A stretch of DNA of 64,000 nucleotides from an uncultured Gemmatimonadales bacterium (lineage in GTDB: Bacteria > Gemmatimonadota > Gemmatimonadetes > Gemmatimonadales > GWC2-71-9): positions 1,280,001 through 1,344,000 of the forward strand of contig CAVZZO010000001.1 of assembly GCA_963779755.1 (NCBI GenBank), in the 5' to 3' direction. A model generated the notes under the pieces. It saw nothing but the letters and a program-made list of their open reading frames with translations. It had not been told where the DNA came from and searched no databases. Position 1 is the first letter of the stretch. Every line of letters begins with the position of its first letter. The translations under genes were made by a program, and so were the position numbers. Of the stretch, positions 36,843 to 47,682 are shown in pieces.

Positions 36843-39809
36843 ATGACCACTCATCATCTGAAACGTCTGGGCCTGGCGCTCGGCTGCCTGATGCTGTTTC
36901 TCGGGCTGCCCGCTCGGGCCTGGGGGCAGAACACCACCGGCCGCATCGAAGGGCTGGTGACTGATTCCGCCGGAACCCCGCTCACCAGCGCCGAAATCGT
37001 GGCGAAGAACGCCGCCAGCGGTGTGCAGCGGGACGCCACCACCCGAACCGACGGTACCTACACGCTGGCCGGGCTCGCTCCCGCGACCTACGTGGTCACG
37101 GCCCGCTCGATCGGCATGGGCTCCCAGGCCCAGCAGGTCACCGTCCAGATCGGCCAGGTGCTCACCGTCAACTTCACGCTGGGCCAGCAGACGGTGCAGC
37201 TGGAGGAGATCACCACTGTGGCGCCCCGGACCGAGACCCAGACCTCGGAGGTCGCCACCAACGTCACGCAGGCGCAGATCGAGCAATTGCCCAGCCCCAG
37301 CCGCAACTTCCTCGATCTGGCCCAGCTCGCGCCGGGCGTGACGGTGACGCCCGACCGGATCAACGGCACCGGATTCCGGACCTTTTCCGGGGTCGGCCAG
37401 GACCCGAGCACGGTCAACGTCTTCGTGGACGGGACCAGCCTGAAGAATGACCTCACCGGCGGCGGCGTCACCGGACAGGACGCCAGCCGGGGGAATCCTT
37501 TCCCCCGAAACTCGATTCAGGAATACCGGGTGATCAGCCAGAACTTCAAGGCGGAGTACCAGAACGCCTCCAGCTCGCTCATCACCGCCGTCACCAAGTC
37601 GGGCGGAAACACCTGGTCGGGGAACGCCTTCTTCACCTACCAGGACAAGGGGCTGGTCGCGCTCGACACGTTCCAGATCAAGTCCAAGAACACCGATCCC
37701 AACTTCAAGCAGCCGGACTACTCGAGGAAGCTGCTCGGGCTGAGTGCCGGGGGGCCCATCATCCGGGACAGGCTGCACTTCTTCGGCTCCTACGAGGGGA
37801 ACTACCAGGACCGCAGCAACACGGTGAACTTCACCCCGCCCCCCACCGGAACGTTCCCCGCCCTCGACACGGTGAACCTCGGCAGCTACAACGGACAGTT
37901 CACCTCCCCCTTCCGGGAGACGCTGCTCTTCGGCAAGCTGAGCTATGCGGTCACCCCCAACTCCTCGGCGGAGCTCAGCTTCAACAACCGGCATGAGACC
38001 GACATCCGGGACTTCGGCAACAACCAGGCCTTCCAGGAGGCGGTGAATTTCCGGCAGAACATCAGCATCGGGCAGCTGCACTACAACTGGTTCAAGGGGC
38101 CCTGGCTCAACGAGGCCAAGGTGGCCTATACCCGCTTCCGCCGGAACCCGTCACCCAACGACCCGGGCCTTCCGGCGCGGCTCTACCAGTTCAGCGGCAG
38201 CTCGGCCCAGATCGGCAGCAATCTCAGCACCCAGGACTTTACCCAGAAGGGCATTGAGCTGCGAAACGATCTGACCTACAGCGGCCTGCACTGGGCCGGC
38301 AACCACGTGATCAAGATCGGCGCCAACGCCAACTTCCTGAAGTTCGATGTCCTGAAGGACAACAACGGCACCCCGCAGTTCTTCTATCGCGACACCCTGA
38401 ACGGGGTGGCGTACGACTACCAGCAGCCGTTCCAGCTGGTCTACGGGACCGGCAACCCGCTGCTCAACACCAATAACACCCAGCTCGGAGTCTACTTGCA
38501 GGACGACTGGACTCCCACGCCGCGGCTCACCATCAACGCCGGCGTCCGCTGGGATTTCGAAACCAAGATGTTCAACACCGACTACGTGACGCCCCAGAAC
38601 GTGGTCGATACTCTCACCCGCTACAACGACTCCCTCCCCCACCCGCTGAACCTGAACGACTACATCAGCACGGGGAGCAACCGGCACCCCTTCTACGGCG
38701 CGTTCCAGCCCCGGCTGGGCTTCTCCTACGCGCTGGACCGGGACGCCAAGACGACGATATACGGCGCCTTCGGTATTTTCTACGACCGTACGATCTTCGA
38801 CGTCTCGGTGGACGAGACGCTGAAGCTGACCCACCCGACCTATACCATCATGTTCGCCGCTCCCGGGGCGACGCCGGGACCGGGCGAGGTCGCCTGGAAT
38901 AATTCCTATCTTACCGCCGACCGCGCGACGCTCGACCAGCTGGTGCACACGGTGGGGACGCCCGAGGCGTGGCTCATCAGCAAGAATGTCAAGGTACCGT
39001 ACTCCCGGCAGTGGAACCTGGGCGTCCGGCGCACGCTGGGCCACTTCAACGTCTCGGCCACCTACGCCGGCGTCCGCGGGATCAACCAGCTGACCCTGAA
39101 CTGGGCCAACTTCGGCCTGAACCCCGACGGTTCCTGCTGCACCAGCTTCAACCTGGGCGCCCACGGGTTCAGCAACTTCATCTACTCCAGCAACGATGCG
39201 CGGACCTGGTATGACGCCCTGCAAATCCAGGTGCAGCGTCCCTATCGCCGCGCCAGCGAGAGCAGCATCGGCTGGGGCGCCGGACTGGCCTTTACCTATG
39301 CCTGGCGTTCGCTGGCCGGCATCGACAACTCCGGCGACCTCTTCGCCTTCCCTAATACCCAGAATATCCCGAAACACCCGGCCAACGACGAACGGGCGCG
39401 GGTCGTGGCCAACTGGGTGACCGACCTGCCGTACCTCTTCGGCATCCAGTGGAGCGGGCTCATTACCCTGGGGAGCGGCAACAAGCAGGACATCGGCGGG
39501 CCCATCCGGTTCAACCCCAACGGCTACGTGCGGGGCGGTTTCTCGCCGCCGGGACAAAACTTCCTCATCTTCGGGAAGTGGGTCTACCGGAACGTGGACA
39601 TGCGTCTCGCCAAGACCTTCCCCACTATCTCCGGCCAGCGGATCGGGGTAACGCTGGACGTCTTCAATGTGTTCAATTACGACAACTTCGGCTGCTTCGC
39701 CACGCCGGCGAACCAGGCGGACGGGTCGCCCGACCCCAATCTCGGTACGCCCAATTGCGTCGTGAGCGATCCGCGCCGCGCCCAGCTGGGAGTGGAATAC
39801 AACTTCTAA
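36843..39809 (+). CDS. TonB-dependent receptor with N-terminal carboxypeptidase-regulatory-like domain (Oar-like)
   Basis: Signal peptide; GRIEGLVTD; RNFLDLAQLAPG; TKSGGN; YLQDDW; PRLGFSY; ends QLGVEYNF. Confidence 0.92.
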   Translation: MTTHHLKRLGLALGCLMLFLGLPARAWGQNTTGRIEGLVTDSAGTPLTSAEIVAKNAASGVQRDATTRTDGTYTLAGLAPATYVVTARSIGMGSQAQQVTVQIGQVLTVNFTLGQQTVQLEEITTVAPRTETQTSEVATNVTQAQIEQLPSPSRNFLDLAQLAPGVTVTPDRINGTGFRTFSGVGQDPSTVNVFVDGTSLKNDLTGGGVTGQDASRGNPFPRNSIQEYRVISQNFKAEYQNASSSLITAVTKSGGNTWSGNAFFTYQDKGLVALDTFQIKSKNTDPNFKQPDYSRKLLGLSAGGPIIRDRLHFFGSYEGNYQDRSNTVNFTPPPTGTFPALDTVNLGSYNGQFTSPFRETLLFGKLSYAVTPNSSAELSFNNRHETDIRDFGNNQAFQEAVNFRQNISIGQLHYNWFKGPWLNEAKVAYTRFRRNPSPNDPGLPARLYQFSGSSAQIGSNLSTQDFTQKGIELRNDLTYSGLHWAGNHVIKIGANANFLKFDVLKDNNGTPQFFYRDTLNGVAYDYQQPFQLVYGTGNPLLNTNNTQLGVYLQDDWTPTPRLTINAGVRWDFETKMFNTDYVTPQNVVDTLTRYNDSLPHPLNLNDYISTGSNRHPFYGAFQPRLGFSYALDRDAKTTIYGAFGIFYDRTIFDVSVDETLKLTHPTYTIMFAAPGATPGPGEVAWNNSYLTADRATLDQLVHTVGTPEAWLISKNVKVPYSRQWNLGVRRTLGHFNVSATYAGVRGINQLTLNWANFGLNPDGSCCTSFNLGAHGFSNFIYSSNDARTWYDALQIQVQRPYRRASESSIGWGAGLAFTYAWRSLAGIDNSGDLFAFPNTQNIPKHPANDERARVVANWVTDLPYLFGIQWSGLITLGSGNKQDIGGPIRFNPNGYVRGGFSPPGQNFLIFGKWVYRNVDMRLAKTFPTISGQRIGVTLDVFNVFNYDNFGCFATPANQADGSPDPNLGTPNCVVSDPRRAQLGVEYNF

Positions 39810-39890
39810 CCGACGGCTTGCACGTGCCGTCTACCGGCGGCCGGCCCCTGGCCGGCCGCCGGTAGTCTTCTCCCACCCGGGGGAGTTGCC

Positions 39891-41345
39891 ATGCGCCGGA
39901 ACCCGAGCCGTGCCCCCGCGACCCTGCTGCTGCTGAGCCTGGGACTTGCCCTCGCGGCGTGCAGCGGGGGGGCCAACGGCGGCGGCTTTGTCGGCCCCGA
40001 CCAGCTGACGCCGAGGCAGGCCGCCTTCCTCGACACGCTGACGCAACGCACCTTCGCTTTCTTCTGGGAGCGGAGCGACCCCGCCACCGGCCTTACGCCG
40101 GATCGCTGGCCCACGCCCTCCTTCTCCAGCATCGCCGCGGTGGGCTTCGCCCTCACCGCGTATCCCATCGGCGTGGAGCGGGGCCTGGTTACCCGGAGCG
40201 AGGCGGCCGACCGGGTCCTCACCACCCTGCGCTGGTTCTGGCAGGCGCCCCAGGGCACCGCCGCCGCCGGCACCGCGGGTTACCAGGGGTTCTTCTATCA
40301 TTTTCTGGACATGAGTTCCGGCACCCGCTTCAAGGACGTGGAGCTCTCTACGGTGGATACGGCGCTGCTGCTGGGCGGCGTGCTCTTCTGCCAGCAGTAC
40401 TTCGACCAGTCCGGCACCACCGAGACGGCCATCCGCGCCTACGCCGACAGCCTGTATCGCCGGGCGGACTGGAGCTGGATCCAGCCCCGGGCGCCGGCGA
40501 TCGCCATGGGCTGGACCCCGGAACAGGGGTTCCACACCTACGACTGGCGCGGCTACGACGAGGCCATGCTGGTGTACCTGCTGGCGCTGGGCAGCCCCAC
40601 CCATCCGGTGGATTCCGCCGCCTGGCAGGCGTGGACTCGCGACTATCAATGGGGCACCTTCTATGGCGAGTCCCAGCTGGGCTTCGCGCCGCTCTTCGGA
40701 CACCAGTACTCGCAGATCTGGGTGGATTTTCGCGGCATCCAGGACGCCTGGATGGCCGCACACGGCGAGGATTACTTCGAGAACTCCCGCCGCGCCACCC
40801 TCTCCCAGCGCAGTTATGCCATCGCCAATCCGCAGAACTGGGCCGGCTATGGCGCCGATCTATGGGGCCTGACGGCGTCCGACGGCCCGCGGGATACCAC
40901 CATGGCCGTCGCGGGCGCCTCCCGGCGGTTCTATACCTATGCCGCGCGAGGCGCCTCCTTCACCGAGATCCGGGATGACGGCACCATTGCGCCGACGGCC
41001 GCCGGAGGCAGCATCGCCTTTGCGCCCGAGGTGAGCATCCCCGTGCTCCTTGCCATGCGCGATCGGTTCGGCAGCCGGCTCTTCGGCCAGTACGGCTTCG
41101 TGGATGCCTTCAACCTGACCTGGCCCACCGATGTACCGCCCCAGATGGGTCAGGTTGCGCCCGATACCGGCTGGTTCGATACCGACTACCTGGGCATCGA
41201 CCAGGGCCCCATCGTCGCCATGGTGGAGAACTACCGTAGCGGGCTTATCTGGAAATACATGCGGCGAAGCCCCTACATCATTCGCGGCCTGCGCCGCGCC
41301 GGCTTCCACGGCGGCTGGCTCGACCAGGCGCCGGCCACGCCGTGA
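39891..41345 (+). CDS. Glucoamylase-family / GH144-like glycoside hydrolase lipoprotein (candidate endo-beta-1,2-glucanase)
   Basis: LAAC lipobox; SIAAVGFAL; GFFYHF; ELSTVDTALL; PLFGHQYS; WGLTASDGP; GIDQGPIVAMVENYRSG. Confidence 0.8.
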   Translation: MRRNPSRAPATLLLLSLGLALAACSGGANGGGFVGPDQLTPRQAAFLDTLTQRTFAFFWERSDPATGLTPDRWPTPSFSSIAAVGFALTAYPIGVERGLVTRSEAADRVLTTLRWFWQAPQGTAAAGTAGYQGFFYHFLDMSSGTRFKDVELSTVDTALLLGGVLFCQQYFDQSGTTETAIRAYADSLYRRADWSWIQPRAPAIAMGWTPEQGFHTYDWRGYDEAMLVYLLALGSPTHPVDSAAWQAWTRDYQWGTFYGESQLGFAPLFGHQYSQIWVDFRGIQDAWMAAHGEDYFENSRRATLSQRSYAIANPQNWAGYGADLWGLTASDGPRDTTMAVAGASRRFYTYAARGASFTEIRDDGTIAPTAAGGSIAFAPEVSIPVLLAMRDRFGSRLFGQYGFVDAFNLTWPTDVPPQMGQVAPDTGWFDTDYLGIDQGPIVAMVENYRSGLIWKYMRRSPYIIRGLRRAGFHGGWLDQAPATP

Positions 41346-42616
41346 GACGTCCCGCCCTGTGCCTCGGCCTGGCCCTCCTCGCCGCTTGCCGCGGCGACGG
41401 CGCCCGGGAGACGGTCACCCTCCGCTTCTGGGGGCTGGGCCGCGAGGGGGAGGTGGTCCAGCAGCTGGTGAACGGTTTCGAGCGGGAGCACCCCGGTATC
41501 TCGGTGGAGGTGCAACAGGTGCCGTGGACGGCCGCGCATGAGAAGCTGCTGACCGCGTTCGTCGGAGAGGCGACCCCCGACCTGGCCCAGTTGGGGAACA
41601 CCTGGGTGCCGGAGTTTGCCGCGCTGCATGCGCTGGAGCCCCTGGGCGGCTACGTGCGCGACTCGCCCGTGGTCGATTCCACCGATTTCTTCCCCGGCAT
41701 CTGGCGCACTAATCTGATCGGCGACACCCTCTTCGGGCTGCCCTGGTATGTGGATACCCGGGTCGTATTCTACCGCCGCGATCTGCTGCGCCGGGCGGGA
41801 TATGACTCCTTCCCGGGAAGCTGGGACGACTGGGTCCGCGCCCTGCGCGCGCTGAAGCGCGAGATCGGTCCCAACCGCTATCCCGTCTACCTGCCCACCA
41901 ACGAGTGGGTGCAGCCGGTCATCTTCGGGCTGCAGGCCGGCTCGCCCATCCTCAAGGACGGCGGCCGCTACGGCGCGTTCGAGGATCCCGCCTTTCGACG
42001 CGCCTTCGAGTTCTACCTTTCGCTCTATCGCGACAGCCTGGCGCCGGTGAAGGGGCTCAACGATATCGCCAATCCCTACCAGGAGTTCACCCGCGGCTAC
42101 TTCACCATGTGGATCACCGGCCCCTGGAACCTGGGCGAGTTCGCCCGCCGGCTTCCCGACTCGATGCAGTCCAGCTGGGGCACGGCGCCCATGCCGGGCC
42201 CGACCGGCCCGGCCAGCGGCCTGTCGCTGGCCGGGGGCTCCAGCCTGGTCATGTTCCGCGCCAGCCGGCACAAGGCGCTGGCCTGGCAACTGATGGAGTA
42301 TCTCTCCAGCCTGGAGAGCCAGCGCCGGTTCTTTGCGCTGACGGGCGATCTGCCCGCCCGCGAGGATGCCTGGACCGATTCCCTCCGCACCGACCGGGTG
42401 ACCCGTGCCTTCTGGACCCAGCTGCACCGGGTGGAGCCGACGCCCAAGGTGCCGGAATGGGAGGAGATCGCCACCAAGGTGTACGACTACGCCGAGCAGT
42501 CCATCCGCGGGGGCGTGCCGGCCGACACCGCGTTGCGGCGGCTGGACCGGGATGTGAATCAGATCCTGGAGAAGCGCCGCTGGCTGCTGAGCCACACGGC
42601 GGAGGGCGGGCAGTGA
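41342..42616 (+). CDS. Sugar ABC transporter substrate-binding lipoprotein
   Basis: LAAC lipobox; PWTAAHEKLLTA; LPWYVDTRVVFYRRDL; GGSSLV. Confidence 0.92.
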   Translation: MRRPALCLGLALLAACRGDGARETVTLRFWGLGREGEVVQQLVNGFEREHPGISVEVQQVPWTAAHEKLLTAFVGEATPDLAQLGNTWVPEFAALHALEPLGGYVRDSPVVDSTDFFPGIWRTNLIGDTLFGLPWYVDTRVVFYRRDLLRRAGYDSFPGSWDDWVRALRALKREIGPNRYPVYLPTNEWVQPVIFGLQAGSPILKDGGRYGAFEDPAFRRAFEFYLSLYRDSLAPVKGLNDIANPYQEFTRGYFTMWITGPWNLGEFARRLPDSMQSSWGTAPMPGPTGPASGLSLAGGSSLVMFRASRHKALAWQLMEYLSSLESQRRFFALTGDLPAREDAWTDSLRTDRVTRAFWTQLHRVEPTPKVPEWEEIATKVYDYAEQSIRGGVPADTALRRLDRDVNQILEKRRWLLSHTAEGGQ

Positions 42617-43515
42617 AGCGGTTCCGGCTGCGGGGCCTGGAGCGGCGCGAGAGCCGGGCAGGCTGGGCCTTCGTGCTGCCCGCGCTGGTGTTGATCGGGG
42701 TCTTCTTTGTCCTGCCGGTGCTGGCCGCCCTGCTGCTCAGCTTCACCGACTTCGACATCTATGCCATCGGGCATTTCGCCAACGCCCGGTTCATCGGCCT
42801 GCGCAACTACGCCGAGCTGCTGCACAATCCCATCTTCTGGAAGGCGCTGCGGAACACCTTCTACTTTGCGCTGGTAGGCGGGCCGCTCACGGTGGCGGTC
42901 TCCCTGGGCGCCGCGCTGCTGGTGAACGCCCCGCTCACCCGGGCCCGCGGCCTCTTCCGCACCGTCTACTTCACGCCGTTCGTCACCACGCTGGTGGCGG
43001 TGGCCATCGTCTGGCGCTACCTCTATCACCCGCAGTACGGGCTGCTGAACCACGCGCTCGGCTGGTTCGGCATCGCCCCCGTGGACTGGCTGGGGAACCC
43101 GCACACCGCCATGCCCGCCATCATCCTGATGGCCACCTGGAAGAACTTCGGCTACAACATGCTGATCTTCATCGCCGGCCTGCAGGCGATTCCGGCGCAG
43201 CTCTACGAGGCGGCCTGGCTGGACGGCGCCGGCGCGGTGCGCCGCTTCCGCCATGTGACGCTGCCCATGCTGGGGCCCACGCTGCTGTTCGTCGCCGTCA
43301 TCACCATGATCGGCTACTTCCAGGTCTTCACCGAGCCCTACGTGATGACCCAGGGCGGCCCGCTCAAGGCCACCGAAACGGTGGTGCTCTTCATGTACGA
43401 GCAGGGGTTCCGCTGGTGGCGGATGGGCGTGGCGGCGGCCATCGCCTTTGCGCTCTTTCTGGTCATCATGGTGGGCACGCTGATCCAGCTGCGGCTCCAG
43501 CGGGTCAAGGTCTGA
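42613..43515 (+). CDS. Sugar ABC transporter permease (MalF-like)
   Basis: GTGA overlap; FIGLRNY; EAA motif LYEAAWLDGAG; TQGGP. Confidence 0.93.
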   Translation: MKRFRLRGLERRESRAGWAFVLPALVLIGVFFVLPVLAALLLSFTDFDIYAIGHFANARFIGLRNYAELLHNPIFWKALRNTFYFALVGGPLTVAVSLGAALLVNAPLTRARGLFRTVYFTPFVTTLVAVAIVWRYLYHPQYGLLNHALGWFGIAPVDWLGNPHTAMPAIILMATWKNFGYNMLIFIAGLQAIPAQLYEAAWLDGAGAVRRFRHVTLPMLGPTLLFVAVITMIGYFQVFTEPYVMTQGGPLKATETVVLFMYEQGFRWWRMGVAAAIAFALFLVIMVGTLIQLRLQRVKV

Positions 43516-43516
43516 C

Positions 43517-44338
43517 GTGCGCCGGCCCTTCGCCTCCGTTGCCCTGTACGGCGCGCTCATCGCCGCCGCGGTGCTGGCCCTGCTGCCCATGGTGTGGATG
43601 GTGTCGGCCTCCGTGATGCCCACCGGCATGGCCAACTCGGCGCCCCCGCATCTCTTCCCGCCGTCGGTCACCTTCGAGCATTACAAGGTGCTCTTCCAGC
43701 GGCTCAACCTGGGGCGGTTCCTGCTCAACAGCACGATCATCGCCGGCACCGTGACGGCCATATCGCTGGCGATCAATTCCATGGCCGGCTATGCCTTCGC
43801 CAAGCTGCGCTTCCGGGGCCGCGAGCGGACCTTCCGGCTGCTCCTCACCGGGCTGGTCGTGCCGGTACAGGTGGCCATGCTGCCGCTCTTCCTGCTGCTC
43901 AAGGAACTGCACTTCATCAATACCTACTGGGGCGTCATCGTGCCCGGGCTCGCCAGCATCTTCGGCATCTTCCTGGTGCGGCAGTACGCGTTGAGCATCC
44001 CCGACGACCTGCTGGACGCGGCCCGGGTGGACGGCGCGGGCGAGTTCCGGATCTACTGGTCCATCGTGACCCCCACCATCACCCCGATCCTCGCCACGCT
44101 CGCCATCTGGACCTTTCTGAACACCTGGAACGACTTCCTCTGGCCGCTCATCGTGCTGAGCGATCAGGCCCACTGGACCCTCCCGGTGGCGATCGCCAAC
44201 CTGGTGGGCGAGCACGTGCAGGACACCGAGCTGATGATGGCCGGGGCGGTGGTGACGGTCCTGCCGGTGATGGGCGTCTTCCTGGTGCTGCAGCGCTATT
44301 ACGTCGAAGGCATCATGCTGGGGAGCGTCAAGGAATGA
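43517..44338 (+). CDS. Sugar ABC transporter permease (MalG-like)
   Basis: AGYAFAK; IPDDLLDAARVDGAG; WNDFLWP; QRYYVEG. Confidence 0.93.
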   Translation: MRRPFASVALYGALIAAAVLALLPMVWMVSASVMPTGMANSAPPHLFPPSVTFEHYKVLFQRLNLGRFLLNSTIIAGTVTAISLAINSMAGYAFAKLRFRGRERTFRLLLTGLVVPVQVAMLPLFLLLKELHFINTYWGVIVPGLASIFGIFLVRQYALSIPDDLLDAARVDGAGEFRIYWSIVTPTITPILATLAIWTFLNTWNDFLWPLIVLSDQAHWTLPVAIANLVGEHVQDTELMMAGAVVTVLPVMGVFLVLQRYYVEGIMLGSVKE

Positions 44339-47300
44339 CCCGGCTGGGCGGCTGCCTGGCGCTCCTGGCGGTGCTGTGCGCCGGCCGGGCCGCGGCCCAG
44401 GAGCCGGCCGGGCCGCCGGTCCGGCTCGACGGCTTCAACCGGCCCGACGGCTGGCAGGCCGCGCCGTCCGAGGGCGTCGCGCTCTCGCTCCATCCCGACA
44501 CCGGCCGGGGAGGCCGGGTGCTGCGGCTGGATTTCGACTTTCAGGGCCACGCCGGCTACGCCGCCATCCACAAGACGTTCGACCGCGAGCTCCCGCCGAA
44601 CTACGCCTTCAGTTTCTGGATCCGGGCCGATGCCCCGGTCAATAATCTCGAGTTCAAGCTGATCGATTCCACCGGCGACAACGTGTGGTGGCGCAACCAG
44701 CGCAATTTCGCCTTTCCCCGGACCTGGACACAGGTGGTCATACCGCTCCGGCGTATCGGCTTCGCCTGGGGGCCGCGGGGCGGCGGCACGCTGCGCCACC
44801 TGGCGGCGCTCGAGATCGTCGTCACCGCCGGCACCGGCGGACGCGGCTCCGTCTGGCTGGACGATCTCACGCTGGAGCCGCGCCGGCCCGACCGGCCCTA
44901 TGACCTCACCCCCACCGTGACCGCCTCCCATTCCGCGCCCGGCCATGCTCCCGACCTGGTGCTGGACGGCGATTCCACCACCGCCTGGCGCTCGGGGACG
45001 GCGGCCCGGGCGGAGACGCTCACCGTGGACTTCCTGCGCCGCCGGACCTACGGCGCCCTGGTCCTGGACTGGGAGCCCGGCCGCGCGGCCGGCGCATACC
45101 AGGTGGATGCTTCGGCCGATGGCAGTCAGTGGCAAGAACTCCGGGCGGTGCAGGGCGGCAACGGCGGGCGGGACTACCTCTACCTGCCCGAATCCGAGTC
45201 GCGCTATCTCCGGCTGGTGCTGCGGCAGGGTAGCGGAGCCGGCTACGGCCTGCGCACCCTGGCGGTGAAGCCGCTGGACTGGGCCGGCGACCTCAATGCC
45301 TTCTTCGCCCGGGTGGCGCAGGAAGAGCCGCGCGGACTCTATCCCCGCTATCTCACGGGCGAGCAATCGTACTGGACCATGATCGGCGTGAGCGGCGACG
45401 GCCATCGTCCGCTGCTGAGCGAAGACGGGGCCATCGAGCCCGTGGCCGGCGGTTTCTCGGTGGAGCCCATGCTGTACACCGGCGGGCGCCTGCTCACCTG
45501 GGCGGCCGCGAGCGCCAGCCGGTCGCTGCAGGACGGCTACCTGCCCATTCCCAGCGTGCGCTGGGCGGTGGACAGCCTCCAGCTTACCGTCACGGCCTTT
45601 GCGGCCGGCACGCCGGGCGCGTCCAGCGCCTACGCGCGCTACCGGGTGGAGAACAACTCCGGCCGCGAGCAACGGGTAACCCTCGACCTGGCGGTGCGGC
45701 CCTTCCAGGTGAACCCGCCCTGGCAGTTCCTGGGCACGCCGGGCGGCGCCTCCCGGATCGACAGCCTGCGGTGGACCGGCCATGAGCTGCTGGTGAACGG
45801 AACGCCGGGCGTGGTGCCGGTGACCGCGCCGGCGGAAGCGGGAGCCGCCAGCTTCGACGCCGGCGGCATCGTCGCGGCGCTGCGCGGCGGGCATCTCCCC
45901 TCCGGGAACTCGGTGCACGATGCCTTCGGCTCTGCGTCCGCCGCGCTGGCCTGGCCGCTCCGGCTGCCGCCGGGCGGTAGTGGCGAGGTGGTGGTGCGCT
46001 TCCCCCTGGGCACATCGCAGCCCGGTCCGGTCGTGCGCGATACGGCCGCGGTCCGCCGGCTCCAGGACAGCGTCGCGGCCGGCTGGCGTGAGGCGTTGAA
46101 CCGGGTCCGGTTCACGCTGCCCGATTCGCTGGGGGAACTGGCCGACCAGATCCGCAGCAACCTCGCGTACATGCTGATCAACCGGGACGGTCCGGCCATC
46201 GAGCCCGGCTCGCGCTCCTACCGCCGCTCCTGGATCCGCGACGGGGCCATGATCGGCGACGCGCTCTTGCGGCTGGGGCATCCGGCCGCGGTGCGAGAGT
46301 TTCTCGCCTGGTTTGCGCCCTATCAGTTCGCCAGCGGGAAGATCCCCTGCTGTGTGGATACCCGCGGGGCCGATCCGGTGCCGGAAAACGACAGCGAGGG
46401 CGAGTTCATCTACCTGGTGCGGGACTATCTCGCCGCGACGGGCGACACCGGCTTCGTGGCCGGGCTCTGGCCCCACGTCCGGCGCGCGTCCCGCTACCTC
46501 GATTCGCTGCGACAGTCGCGCATGACCGCGCCCTACCGGACTTCCGACAGTCTCGCGTTCTTCGGCCTGCTGCCGCCGTCCATCAGCCATGAAGGCTATT
46601 CGGACAAGCCGGCCTATTCCTACTGGGACGACTTCTTCGGATTGCGTGGATTCGAGGATGCCGCCGCGCTGGCCGCCAGCCTGGGGCATGCCGCCCTGCA
46701 CGATAGCCTGGCGGCTATCCGCCGGGCCTTCGCCGGCGATCTGCATCGCTCCATCCGGCGCAGCATGGCGATGCATCGCATTCCCTATGTCCCGGGCAGT
46801 GCCGACCGGGGCGACTTCGATCCCACCTCGACCAGCGTGGGGATCGCCACCGCGGACGCCCTCGGCCTGCTCCCTCCGGACGGGGTGGACAGCACTTATC
46901 AGCGCTACTGGCGCGAGGTGCAGACCCGCGCCGGCGGTGACTCCGCCTGGGGGGCCTATACGCCGTACGAACTGCGCAACGTGGCCGCCTTCCTGCGGCT
47001 GGGCTGGCGGCGGCGCGCCCTCGATCTGCTGGCCATCCTGGAGGCCGGGCGCCGGCCCGCCGCGTGGAACCAGTGGCCCGAAGTGGTCTGGCAGGATTCC
47101 ACGGCCCCGAAATTCATCGGCGACCTGCCGCATACCTGGGTCGGGTCGGACTTCGTGCGCGCGGCACTCGACCTCTTTGCCTACGAGCGCGACAGCACCA
47201 TCGTCGCGGGGCAGGGGATTCCAGCGGACTGGCTGGGCGCGGCCGGCGGGGTTGCGATCCACCACCTGCGGATCGGGCGCGGGGAGCTGTCGTGGAGCAT

Positions 47301-47514
47301 GAGGAGGGATCAGGAGTCAGCAGGTAGGAATGGCGGGGGCGGGACGGTTGTCATCCAGCTGTCCGGGACGGCCCCGATTCCCGATGGCGGTGTTCTGGTC
47401 TACGCGCCGATTGGGTTTGCCGCCGGTTCGGTGGAGGTCGATGGGAAGAGCGCCGCCCTGGAAGGAGATGCCGTGCGGGTGCGGCGGCTGCCGGCGCGGG
47501 TGGTGTTCCGGAAG
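44335..47514 (+). CDS. Secreted multidomain protein: CBM-like + F5/8 type C (discoidin) + (alpha/alpha)6 glycoside-hydrolase-like; no stop at the expected end (frame stays open to 49071)
   Basis: Signal peptide; LDGDSTTAWRS discoidin motif; YRRSWIRDG, ENDSEG, SISHEGY, YSYWDDF, GDLPHTW. The end given is inferred from where repeat DNA begins. Confidence 0.75.
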
Positions 47515-47675
47515 AAGGACGGGAGGAGGACGGAAGGAGGACGGGAGAAGGACGGAAAAGAGGACGGGAGCAGGGCGGACGAAGGACGGGTTCTCCCGTC
47601 TTCTTCCCGTCTTCTTCCCGTCTTCTTCCCGTCCTCTTCCCGTCCTCTTCCCGTCCTCTTCCCGTCCTCTTCCTG
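47512..47675. repeat. Inverted pair of 11-mer tracts (GGACGGGARRA / TCCCGTCYTCT x7)
   Basis: Purine arm 47512-47590 and pyrimidine arm 47594-47675, between convergent GH genes. Confidence 0.92.
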
Positions 47676-47682
47676 TCAGGCC